44,202 bases of DNA from an uncultured Methanosarcinales archaeon (GTDB lineage Archaea; Nanobdellota; Nanobdellia; Woesearchaeales; GW2011-AR9): the NCBI GenBank assembly GCA_964554235.1, contig CAZKNU010000001.1:1-44202 (forward strand), in the 5' to 3' direction. The notes beneath the pieces are model-generated. The model saw only the letters and a program-made list of their open reading frames with translations. It did no database searches and was not told the origin of the DNA. How positions within the stretch are numbered: position 1 is the stretch's first letter; the number at the start of each line of letters is the position of its first letter. Positions 7,995-16,755 of this stretch are shown here, piece by piece. Made by a program: the position numbers and the translations under genes.

Positions 7995-9137
7995 CTAATA
8001 TAATTGAGCACAATTTAACCGCAAATCTTCGTTAATTTTTTCTAATTCATTGGCGACGGAAATTATTTCTGCACAGGAAAGGGGACTTTCTCCAAAACTT
8101 AGTTCTAAACGACAGCCGGCTGCACCGGCATTAAGAGCTCTTAAAGTATCTTTAACATTACTTTTATATTCTAAAAGAAGAGCAATGCATTCAGAACTGG
8201 CGGGTCTGTTTTTATAAAAATCGACCATTTTTTTTAATTTCCCGCCTATTTTTCCTTGGGTAATTTCTTCTCCGCCATACACTTCCGTTAAAATTTCTAA
8301 ACGGTTAAACGCTTTTTTTATATTACAATTATATAATTCGGCATTCTCTGTAAAAATAGCTGCATATTTAGCGGCATTTCTTTCTTCATCCAGGGAAATT
8401 ATTTCAATTGGTTCTGGGTTTAGTTTTTTCCAAGTATTTCCTTCTTTCTGATAAAAATTAGCCCAGTTTGTGCCGCGGATAAAAGTAACGGCGCTGACAT
8501 CCTGATCTAGAAATAAGCTTAAACCGGCAGGAATCCCTTTTTCAGGTATTTGCGAGCCATCAACATCGACCACTCTGACTTTAATCTTCCCTTCGGCTTG
8601 AAGATCATCTAAATTAGCAACATATTCGCGGTTAAAGCCTTCTTTTTCAAGTCCGGCAGTCGCATCTAAAAATTCAGTGACAAATTCTTCATCACTTCCA
8701 ACTAAATAATATTTTACATTAGGGGCAGTTACAAATAAGAAGTCAATAACTTTAAAAGGAAGATGATAAGGTAAACTCCAGAAGAGGATAAATGGGCTTT
8801 GGATTTCTTTTGGTGCAAACAAAGGATCAATGGGATTTTGTGCTCTGGCCGGTTTTCCTTTAAGGCCAAATTCACCGACCCCTTCAATACAATCAAAATA
8901 TAACGTGTAATCAGACAAACCGCCGGCTTCAACTGAATTCTTAGTTTTTTCAGATACACTTGCACCCGATAAAATTGAATCCATAATTCTCACTACTTCT
9001 CCGGATAATTGCTCTTCAGAAACTTTAGCCTGCCTAACTACAATACCAATAAAGAAAAGTAAAATTATGGCTCCCACTAGCGCAACATAGATCCAATTAA
9101 AAGTTAATTCTATTTGTCCTTTCTTTTTCATTTTCAT
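7995..9137 (-). CDS. large (380 aa) prepilin-like protein (K-G-Q class)
   Basis: MKMKKKG|QIELTFNWIYVALVGAIILLFFIGIVV, followed by a globular region of about 340 aa. Confidence 0.7.
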   Translation of the reverse strand: MKMKKKGQIELTFNWIYVALVGAIILLFFIGIVVRQAKVSEEQLSGEVVRIMDSILSGASVSEKTKNSVEAGGLSDYTLYFDCIEGVGEFGLKGKPARAQNPIDPLFAPKEIQSPFILFWSLPYHLPFKVIDFLFVTAPNVKYYLVGSDEEFVTEFLDATAGLEKEGFNREYVANLDDLQAEGKIKVRVVDVDGSQIPEKGIPAGLSLFLDQDVSAVTFIRGTNWANFYQKEGNTWKKLNPEPIEIISLDEERNAAKYAAIFTENAELYNCNIKKAFNRLEILTEVYGGEEITQGKIGGKLKKMVDFYKNRPASSECIALLLEYKSNVKDTLRALNAGAAGCRLELSFGESPLSCAEIISVANELEKINEDLRLNCAQLY

Positions 9138-9193
9138 TTGGTTTTTTATTCCTTCAGTTTTCTATTTAATTTCCAGCCTTGAACCCATAACAC

Positions 9194-9739
9194 TCAGCTA
9201 GAAACTAATTTAGGAGATATTTCTGTTTTATCTCCTTTCCCTTCTAAAATAATTGTAAATTGGCCGTCTTTAATAGGCAGGCATAAAAAATTTTTCCCAT
9301 CTGGAGAATTAATACTAATTTTATGCACTTTAATTTTGGGAGCAACTGGTTTTAAAAATACATTTTCATTAACAGTATCATATCCAGAAGACATTTCCCA
9401 AATACTGTATGCCCCTAAATCAGAATCTTTCAGTGCCAAATCGGGCGGTGCATCTAAATCCACAAAACAGATTTGAGAATATTTTGCCGGAACAGTAAAA
9501 TGTTCTACTCTTACCGATCCATACTCAGTATAAATTCGCTTGACTGAACTTTCCAATGAGGTTTTAAATTGAACAAACGCAACATTTTCTCCGCTCTGTA
9601 AAAAATCAGTGATAGCTTTATACCCAAAAATCATAACTAAAGCAAAAGTAAGCGCAGCTACAATAAAGACAAATACCTCGCCAACCCCTAACCCTTTCTT
9701 GTTTAACCCTTTCTTGTTAAAAAAATTTTTAAAAAACAT
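9194..9739 (-). CDS. prepilin-like protein with duplicated NKKGL motif
   Basis: MFFKNFFNKKGLNKKGLGVGEVFVFIVAALTFALVMIFGY. Confidence 0.65.
   Translation of the reverse strand: MFFKNFFNKKGLNKKGLGVGEVFVFIVAALTFALVMIFGYKAITDFLQSGENVAFVQFKTSLESSVKRIYTEYGSVRVEHFTVPAKYSQICFVDLDAPPDLALKDSDLGAYSIWEMSSGYDTVNENVFLKPVAPKIKVHKISINSPDGKNFLCLPIKDGQFTIILEGKGDKTEISPKLVSS
9689..9718 (-). repeat. perfect 15-nt tandem duplication (taaccctttcttgtt x2) encoding NKKGL-NKKGL
   Basis: Read directly: 9689-9703 and 9704-9718 are identical. Confidence 0.9.
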
Positions 9740-9746
9740 GATTAAA

Positions 9747-12700
9747 TCACACTTTCCTTTTCTTACTTAATTTTCTTAATTCACTAAAAATATCTTTAGC
9801 TTCTTCTTTGCTGACTACTTCTTGGATATCTTTATCTTTAGTTTTTTTAGCAATATTTTCCAGTTTAGTAAAAATATTTTTTTCTTCTATCCTCAATCCC
9901 GGTTTAATTTCGCTTTTATGTTCGGAATATTTTTGAGCAAGATCTCCTAAACGAGTTAAATGAGGAGCTTTCTTTTTAAGCAAGACTTCAACATGAGGAA
10001 TATTCTTAGACTGCTGGCTAAAGGTTCCAAAAACAGAAGATCTCTCTTGCAAGCGGGCTTTTTCTTTTCTTGCTTTTCTTAGCTCCAGCAATTTTCTTTC
10101 CCAAGCTGAAAGTACTCCCCGTGCTCCTGCTTCTGCTGATTTAATGGATGAAGTAAATCTTGTTCCGGTTTGTTTTTGACTAACTCCTCGACTTTTAGCT
10201 GAGTATTGGTAATAATAAATCAAGTAAGCGGTTCCACCTAGAACAAGTAATAATCCTAAAATTAAGAAAATCCAAGCGAAAAGGCTTGTTTCTTTTTCTA
10301 AAGGAAGCAGTTCTGGTACTGGTTCTGGTTTAGGAGCATCAGCTACGCAGGGATTTAGTTGCTTAATATATTCTTCATAATTGCTTAAGCCATCGCGATC
10401 ATAATCTTCTAAGGAATCATCTATGCCATTTTCATCGGAATCGGCTTTTTGATAATCTAATCCACAGCCAGATTCATCAAAAGTTTTCTCCCAAACATCG
10501 GGCAACCCGTCTTTATCAGAATCGATTTTAGTTAAGGATTCAGGCACTTCTCCGCTGGCACAGCCAAGAGTGTCAACAATTTTGCCTGTGCCGGTATTTG
10601 CACACTGATCACAACGATCGGAAATGCCATCACCATCATTGTCTTTAAATATAATTATCTGTGATTTGGTATAATTGTTTCCCGCACTATCAACTGCTGA
10701 ATAACATAACCAGCTTGTTTTTGTAAAAGCTATTTTTTGCCCGTTATAAGCAAGAGTAGCATTGCAAAAGGTCGCCGAAGCCGCTATCCCATATTTAAGT
10801 TTACAGGCAGTAGTGTCTTTACAATATAATTCCACCAAAGCAGAAGTACAGCTGGTATCGTTGGTTGCTATTAAAATTTCTGGAGCGCCGGTGTTCTTGC
10901 AAATGCTTTCATTTCTGGAAGTAATTATAAACCCATCACTAGTTGCAAATTTACCTTCATTGCCGGCAGCATCTATTGCTTTTATCCTTAGGTTATAATA
11001 ATTGTTTTCTTTTAAGCCGGCCGTAGAGATATTGATAGGTAATCCTGGGCCAACACTGGCAGAATAAACTTTCTCGCCGGAAAGGGGGCTTAGCTGATCA
11101 TTTTTAGTGGCGTTGGTTAAATATTGAGAATAACTATTAGATAAATTTGTTGGAATAGTCAATTTAAGATTAGCTGTAGTGAAGTTTTTTATTGAACCTT
11201 GATTATAAACTTCATAATAATAACCACTCAGATTCTCTTCATTGGTATAAACTAATACATTTACTTCTTTTCCCCCGCAGGTAGAAGTACCATCATTGAT
11301 GCTGGCGATAGTTGGGGGGGTAAAATCAATCCTAAAAGTAGCTTTAGCCTCTACGGTCTGCTCACCCATAGTGCATTTAACCGGAATAACATATTCTTTT
11401 TTCTCTTCTAAATTTCCTAAATAGACGGTATGAAAATTAGTGTTAACTCCTTTAGAGAAAAGTTCAAAAGTATTGCCTAATTTATATTTACAAATTGCTT
11501 TCTTAAGCGTTTCTACTGCTAAAGTAACATTTTTCTCCCTGATAAAACCATTAGGGCTAATGCTTTTGATATTGCCTACTGCAGAATAATCAACTTTAAA
11601 ATTAATTTCTGCAAGTTTAGAAAGATTTCCGGCCCCGTTCTTACACATTACCTTAAAAGAATATTCTTTTTCTGCTCCTAAGAAATTAATGGCATAATCA
11701 GTTTGATGTTTAGTATTAAGCTGTCGGTCGTCTATGCCGGGGAAAGAATATTCCATCGTTTCATACTCAATGCTGCCTTTCTTTTCAGAATCGTCGCTGT
11801 ACTTACATTGGGTTTTATCATCGGTTTCTACAAATAAAGTAGTTCTAATTTCTTCAAAAATATTGTCTGGTTCAGCATAAGCTTCTTTTATTTGAGGAGC
11901 GGTAGGATCAAATTCTAAATTAAATTTTTGTTCGGGACTAATTTCTCCTTCTGAATTTTCACATTTAACATACACTAATTTGGTCCCTCCTTTCTCAGGG
12001 TATTCTGAGAATACGCTGGAAGGGAATTCTGCAAAAATATATTTTTTCTCTTCATTTGGTTCTTTTATTTTATATGGCGGAACTTGTTTATAATCAAAAC
12101 CGAGCCCAAAATCAAATTTACATTTTACCGTCGGAATTTTAGTAAAGAACTGCCAAGTAAAATTATTATTGTTGCTGATTCCCCATACTTCGCCTAAATA
12201 GTAATACAAAAAGGGTTTTTCTAAAGTGATTCCATATCCTTCGATGAGAACTTTTCCGCAACTGGGCCTATAGACGGGATTTTTAGCTTTATCTGTAGAA
12301 TAATAACAAACTTTAGTGCTGTTTTTTAAGATTACTTCTTTGGAAAATTCTTGGTAATTAGGATTTTTAATAAGCTCGCAGCCTTCACCTAAACAATAAA
12401 AAGTTTTGTCACAGGCAAAACCTACTGCAGTGCATTCAAAACTAAGAGCCACTTTTTCAATAAAAAATTCTTCCCAATTAAATTTAAGGGGTTTAATTTC
12501 CCGTGCCCCTTCTTTTAAAATAACTTGGGTTTGCGGTGCCGTAAAATCAACGGTAAAGTGGAAGAAATCCTCATAAATTTGATCGCCAAATAATTCCTTG
12601 CACACCACTTTATATTCACCGGCATATTCTTTTTCTACCAATCCAGAAACGGGAGCAGTTGTATGCACTTTCCCTTCTTCATTACTAACAAAATCAGCTA

Positions 12701-15700
12701 CTTTGGAATTATCTATAGCTAAATATAACCCGCAGCTTGCCCCAGAAATAGTATTTACTTTAAAGAAGGGACTAGTAGAACTAACCACCCCATACAATTC
12801 TGGGGAAATAAGTTCTATTCTCTCTTCTAAATCGAAGGTATATAATTTTTCTTTAACCTTTTCATTGCCATGATTATCTTTACAACTTACCGTAAGACGG
12901 AATTTAATCCCCCGTAACCCCGTAAAAGAAATTTCTTTTCTTTCTACTTCTCGGGCTATTTGTTTAGTGATTGTTTCTCCTGCGGGCAGAATTTGCTCTA
13001 GCTTAAAAGAACAACTCATCGGTTCACTAGTCCCTTCCAGATAGACCGTTAAATCAGTAACATCGCCGGTTGTTTCCAGCTGCTGGTTAATTTCAAACTG
13101 GGGAGGAACATTGTCGATATAAACAAAAGCAGACTGAACTTGCTCTTGATTAAAATATTTATCTTTAGAATAATATTTTAAGACATAAGTTTCTCCAGGA
13201 ATATTTTGTTGCAAATATTCAGAGTCTAAGAAATTAATAACCAAAGTTTCATCTTTTAATTTACCAGGATAATGCTTTTCGATAAATTTAGTGCAGATGC
13301 CCGGATCTTTAGGATTAGCGCTGGTTAAACAAAATCCAACTACCCCTAATTGGTTCTCTTTATCTACCGCCTGGAAAGTAAGGTTGGTTTGGGTTAAGGA
13401 AAGAACATTTAATCCTCCCGAAACTAAAGTAGTTCGGGGGGGGGCATTATCACGCATACACGATTTTATTTCTCCAGGAACCTGAGCACAATCATCTTTT
13501 TTATCTCCATCCCCATCTTTAATACAACTTCCCGAGCCTTTTGCCTTACCGGACCAAACACATCTTTGCCAGCCGCAGCGATCTTTGGATAACGTGATTT
13601 CTTCCCGATTATTTTTTTCTAAATTCTGTCCGCCCGTACATTCACTTTCAAATTGATAAGTATAACAATTAATTTCGCTGGTAGGTTTTTCACCGCAGGC
13701 AGCACAAGATTGTAAAGGGGCTTCTTTAGTAATAGAATTAACAAAACATCTTCCTAAAGCTGAACAAACTTCGGCCGTACAGAAATAATTTTCAAATACA
13801 CCATTTTTAGTTTCCGGGCTGCATAAACTGCATTTATCGTCTTGATTATAACCTGCCTCAACACAATATCCCGCGCCGGTTTCCGGAGTAACAAAAAGAG
13901 GTACATTCAACCCCGGAAATAATTTATTATAATCAATTAACAAGCTGCTGGCTGCCCCATTAACCCAAGTGCATTTACTCCCTAAACAGTTATTGATCTT
14001 ACAGGCATCTTCGCTTTTATAATCAAAACAACTTTTTAATTTATCACAAGGGTAACAACTATCTACAATCGAACTAGTATAGTCATAGTAACAAAAATTT
14101 GCTGCTCCGCCCTGCTCCGGTAAAGCTTGCCCATAACAACTGCTTTTGGAATAATATAACCCGAACGGATCGGCTTGCTGAACCTGCATCCCACAAACTC
14201 CGGAAGTTTTACAGTCAGCTTTATGTTCGCTGGTTTTAGCACAGAAATAATAAGGGGTGTCCTGAAGAGAACAATCCTTTGAAACCACTAGTTGATTTTG
14301 CTCATTGCAGATCCATACTTTTTTAGACATACCTTCTCCGGCAAGACAAAACAGTTCCCAGCCAGTTTTTTCAAAATATTTATTCTCACATAACTTATTG
14401 CCTAAAGTAATCGTGGCAGAAACCGCCGTTTCAGATACGGCTTCATCATATAAAGCAATGATTTTATAAGTATAAGTTTTCCCCCACTCCACATCGGTGT
14501 CAATCCAAGAATTTTCTGCTGGAGAAAATTCAGGATGCCCTATTTCTACTGCGTCTTTTATTTTAGTGATCAAATAACTGCGCACTTCTGGACAGGGCTT
14601 GGTCCATTTTAACTGCACTTGCTTTTTTCCGCGAATAGAGTTAGCAGAAAAAGCTTCCACCTCCTTAGGCGGATTAGGGAAAGTACATTCGCCTACGTAT
14701 TTAGTTAATAATAAATGGTAATTAGTAATAGATTGCCCAGGCTGGAGTTTGACTTTTTTAGATATTTTATAATCTTCATAAACAGCAGTGATTTCATATT
14801 CTTGCTCTTCTCCCGCTGGGCTTAAAGCTAATCGATATTCACCCAGCTCGTATTCCTTACCAGGATATTGCGAGTAACCTTTAAAGACGCTATTTAGATA
14901 AATCTTTACGCCATAACGAGCTTCCTCTTCTTCAAAAAGGCCGTCTGCTGGGTTTATGTCAATGTAAGTTCTCCCGGTGATACCTTCAAAAACAATTTCT
15001 TCAAGAAGAAACTCTAAAGTGGTGGTGCCAGCAGCTAAAGTTATTTCTTGTTTAAAAGGAATCAAACCAACTTTACTGGCTGTAAATACATATTTACCTA
15101 AAGGAAGTTTATCGATAGCATATTTACCTTCTTCATTGGCATACAGCTGCCCGTTTACCGGACCAGTCCAGGAAATAGCTGCGTCTTTTAATCCTGCCCC
15201 CTCTTTATCTATAACTATTCCCTGAACTTGAGCATTGCCTTCGGCTTTAATCAAAGTTAAATTTTTCTCTAAAACTTCTCCGGAAGACAATGATAATGAT
15301 AATGAACTAGAAAAGTATCCGTTTAAAACCGCTTTAATTAAATATTGCCCGGGATTAAGTGCAGGAAAATTATATTTTCCGGAACTATCGGTAATTTGGG
15401 TGGCAATATCACGGCCTTCAAAAAAGACTTTAGCGCCTTCTAAACCGACTAATTTTTCATCTAAAATGTAACCGCTTAACCTAGCCTTTTTAACTTCAAA
15501 AGGACAGTAAGTCTGAATACATTTTTCTGTATTCATGTTCACATTATCAAAAATAATACTGGGAGAATCAAAAATACCTAATTTTTTTGCCCGATCTTTA
15601 CATTCATAAAAATTAAGATTAAATTCACAAAAACTAGTTCCCTCAATTTTACAACAGCCGGGATCGCACCATTCTGGATATTGTTCCTTAGGAACGGGTT

Positions 15701-16013
15701 CCCCGCTTAATTGAGTACACTTGCCTTTAGTGTGGGTTTGGCAGTCAACATTACAGATTATTTCTGCACATTCTGGGATTTCAGAACAGTCAGAATTAGG
15801 AATAAAAAATTCATTTAAATTGCAGTCGGGATAATCTTTACAATCTAGCTGAGCCGTAGTATCCAAGATTCCTTTTGCACAATAAAGATCTTCATCTGCT
15901 TTCGGAAAAACGTAACAGCCGGCAGTTTCTCCTAAAACAGAAAAACTAAAGGAAAAAATTAGTAGAAATACAGCCAAAACTACAAAAAACATACCTCTTT
16001 TTTTCAAGATCAT
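9747..16013 (-). CDS. giant (2088 aa) Cys-rich multidomain surface protein, type I membrane topology
   Basis: Uninterrupted 6.3-kb ORF. Order of parts: N-terminal signal MILKKRGMFFVVLAVFLLIFSFSFSVLG; a Cys-rich region; two CarboxypepD_reg-like segments (SGYILDE...TDSSGKYNF...PGQYLIKA and QGIVIDKEG...EEGKYAID...GKYVFTA); an FN3-like segment; modules bounded by DNVPPQ / DFTAPQ / DPTAPQ / DFTPPT; thrombospondin-type-3-like repeats (DNDGDGISDRCDQC, DSDKDGLPD, DSDENGIDD, DYDRDGLSNYEEY); a TM helix LFAWIFLILGLLLVLGGTAYLIYYY (nt about 10209-10286); and a 153-aa Lys/Glu-rich tail. Confidence 0.85.
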   Translation of the reverse strand: MILKKRGMFFVVLAVFLLIFSFSFSVLGETAGCYVFPKADEDLYCAKGILDTTAQLDCKDYPDCNLNEFFIPNSDCSEIPECAEIICNVDCQTHTKGKCTQLSGEPVPKEQYPEWCDPGCCKIEGTSFCEFNLNFYECKDRAKKLGIFDSPSIIFDNVNMNTEKCIQTYCPFEVKKARLSGYILDEKLVGLEGAKVFFEGRDIATQITDSSGKYNFPALNPGQYLIKAVLNGYFSSSLSLSLSSGEVLEKNLTLIKAEGNAQVQGIVIDKEGAGLKDAAISWTGPVNGQLYANEEGKYAIDKLPLGKYVFTASKVGLIPFKQEITLAAGTTTLEFLLEEIVFEGITGRTYIDINPADGLFEEEEARYGVKIYLNSVFKGYSQYPGKEYELGEYRLALSPAGEEQEYEITAVYEDYKISKKVKLQPGQSITNYHLLLTKYVGECTFPNPPKEVEAFSANSIRGKKQVQLKWTKPCPEVRSYLITKIKDAVEIGHPEFSPAENSWIDTDVEWGKTYTYKIIALYDEAVSETAVSATITLGNKLCENKYFEKTGWELFCLAGEGMSKKVWICNEQNQLVVSKDCSLQDTPYYFCAKTSEHKADCKTSGVCGMQVQQADPFGLYYSKSSCYGQALPEQGGAANFCYYDYTSSIVDSCYPCDKLKSCFDYKSEDACKINNCLGSKCTWVNGAASSLLIDYNKLFPGLNVPLFVTPETGAGYCVEAGYNQDDKCSLCSPETKNGVFENYFCTAEVCSALGRCFVNSITKEAPLQSCAACGEKPTSEINCYTYQFESECTGGQNLEKNNREEITLSKDRCGWQRCVWSGKAKGSGSCIKDGDGDKKDDCAQVPGEIKSCMRDNAPPRTTLVSGGLNVLSLTQTNLTFQAVDKENQLGVVGFCLTSANPKDPGICTKFIEKHYPGKLKDETLVINFLDSEYLQQNIPGETYVLKYYSKDKYFNQEQVQSAFVYIDNVPPQFEINQQLETTGDVTDLTVYLEGTSEPMSCSFKLEQILPAGETITKQIAREVERKEISFTGLRGIKFRLTVSCKDNHGNEKVKEKLYTFDLEERIELISPELYGVVSSTSPFFKVNTISGASCGLYLAIDNSKVADFVSNEEGKVHTTAPVSGLVEKEYAGEYKVVCKELFGDQIYEDFFHFTVDFTAPQTQVILKEGAREIKPLKFNWEEFFIEKVALSFECTAVGFACDKTFYCLGEGCELIKNPNYQEFSKEVILKNSTKVCYYSTDKAKNPVYRPSCGKVLIEGYGITLEKPFLYYYLGEVWGISNNNNFTWQFFTKIPTVKCKFDFGLGFDYKQVPPYKIKEPNEEKKYIFAEFPSSVFSEYPEKGGTKLVYVKCENSEGEISPEQKFNLEFDPTAPQIKEAYAEPDNIFEEIRTTLFVETDDKTQCKYSDDSEKKGSIEYETMEYSFPGIDDRQLNTKHQTDYAINFLGAEKEYSFKVMCKNGAGNLSKLAEINFKVDYSAVGNIKSISPNGFIREKNVTLAVETLKKAICKYKLGNTFELFSKGVNTNFHTVYLGNLEEKKEYVIPVKCTMGEQTVEAKATFRIDFTPPTIASINDGTSTCGGKEVNVLVYTNEENLSGYYYEVYNQGSIKNFTTANLKLTIPTNLSNSYSQYLTNATKNDQLSPLSGEKVYSASVGPGLPINISTAGLKENNYYNLRIKAIDAAGNEGKFATSDGFIITSRNESICKNTGAPEILIATNDTSCTSALVELYCKDTTACKLKYGIAASATFCNATLAYNGQKIAFTKTSWLCYSAVDSAGNNYTKSQIIIFKDNDGDGISDRCDQCANTGTGKIVDTLGCASGEVPESLTKIDSDKDGLPDVWEKTFDESGCGLDYQKADSDENGIDDSLEDYDRDGLSNYEEYIKQLNPCVADAPKPEPVPELLPLEKETSLFAWIFLILGLLLVLGGTAYLIYYYQYSAKSRGVSQKQTGTRFTSSIKSAEAGARGVLSAWERKLLELRKARKEKARLQERSSVFGTFSQQSKNIPHVEVLLKKKAPHLTRLGDLAQKYSEHKSEIKPGLRIEEKNIFTKLENIAKKTKDKDIQEVVSKEEAKDIFSELRKLSKKRKV
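13436..13444 (-). repeat. G9 (C9 on coding strand) homopolymer inside the 2088-aa gene
   Basis: Counted directly: G at 13436-13444. It encodes A-P-P-R (GCC CCC CCC CGA). A second G7 tract at 11314-11320 encodes T-P-P. Confidence 0.9.
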
Positions 16014-16040
16014 TCTCTTCTTTAAATAAAAGTCTTTTTG

Positions 16041-16048
16041 TTTATAAA
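16041..16048 (-). promoter_or_regulatory. TATA-box-like element (TTTATAAA) upstream of the 2088-aa gene
   Basis: tttataaatg sits 28 nt upstream of ATG 16013. The spacing fits an archaeal TATA box with a very short leader. Confidence 0.45.
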
Positions 16049-16142
16049 TGTTTTTAGAGAGAAAGAAGTCTCGAAAAGTTAAAATTTAAGTAAAACCAAA
16101 AAGAGAGTTATCAGAAGGCCACCATTAAAGTTTTATCGAGCT

Positions 16143-16724
16143 TTATTTGGGCTTAACCAAGCCTCTTAACTTAGAAATAATTAATTCATTTTCCTTCTTT
16201 TTGGCTATTTTTTTAGCTCTTTCTTGCTCTTTTTCATTAAATCTCTTAATTTCTTTAATCCTAATTTCTTTGATCTTATCATTAACAATTTTATCGTTAA
16301 TTCTATTGTTAACTTTATTTTTTTTACTATTTTTAACCAAAGCTTCTAAATGTTGAAAATGGTTTATTTTCGGTGGTCTTTGCTTTGGCCGGTGATACTT
16401 AACGATTCGGCTTAACTTAGTAAATGGATCTCGAGTTTTCTGAACTGGTTTATCCGAAGTGGGGCCAAATGTGGCTAACAAATCTTCTCGTTCTTTGATT
16501 TGTTTTTTATGCTCCCAGTTTTGCTTTAGTTCTTTAATCCTTTTTCCAACTAAAGAATTCTTAAAATTAAAATTTAACCAAGAAAGGGTTTTTTTTGTTG
16601 GTAAACCAGTAAGAGGAATTTTTTTAAATAATCGTTTTTCTCCGGTTCTCCACTTATAGAAGATATATAACAGCACAGCTAAAAATAATAAAAATAAGAT
16701 GGCTAGTAAAGGTTCCGGTTCCAT
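16143..16724 (-). CDS. single-pass membrane protein with long Lys-rich cytoplasmic domain
   Basis: MEPEPLLAILFLLFLAVLLYIFYKWRTGEKR, then about 165 highly basic residues. The plus-strand ORFs overlapping it are low-complexity mirror images. Confidence 0.55.
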   Translation of the reverse strand: MEPEPLLAILFLLFLAVLLYIFYKWRTGEKRLFKKIPLTGLPTKKTLSWLNFNFKNSLVGKRIKELKQNWEHKKQIKEREDLLATFGPTSDKPVQKTRDPFTKLSRIVKYHRPKQRPPKINHFQHLEALVKNSKKNKVNNRINDKIVNDKIKEIRIKEIKRFNEKEQERAKKIAKKKENELIISKLRGLVKPK

Positions 16725-16755
16725 TAATTAAATGCCTCCCAAGCAGAGTTAACCA

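Noticed and set aside
2885-8965. Short ORFs nested in or antisense to the pilin-like genes (2885-3070, 3805-4155, 3968-4180, 4546-4818, 5383-5625, 5708-5896, 6140-6343, 7324-7521, 7623-7808, 8729-8965)
   Set aside because: All lie entirely inside longer, better-supported ORFs. They have low-complexity or Ser/Leu/Phe-rich translations typical of off-frame reading of AT-rich genes, and no start context.
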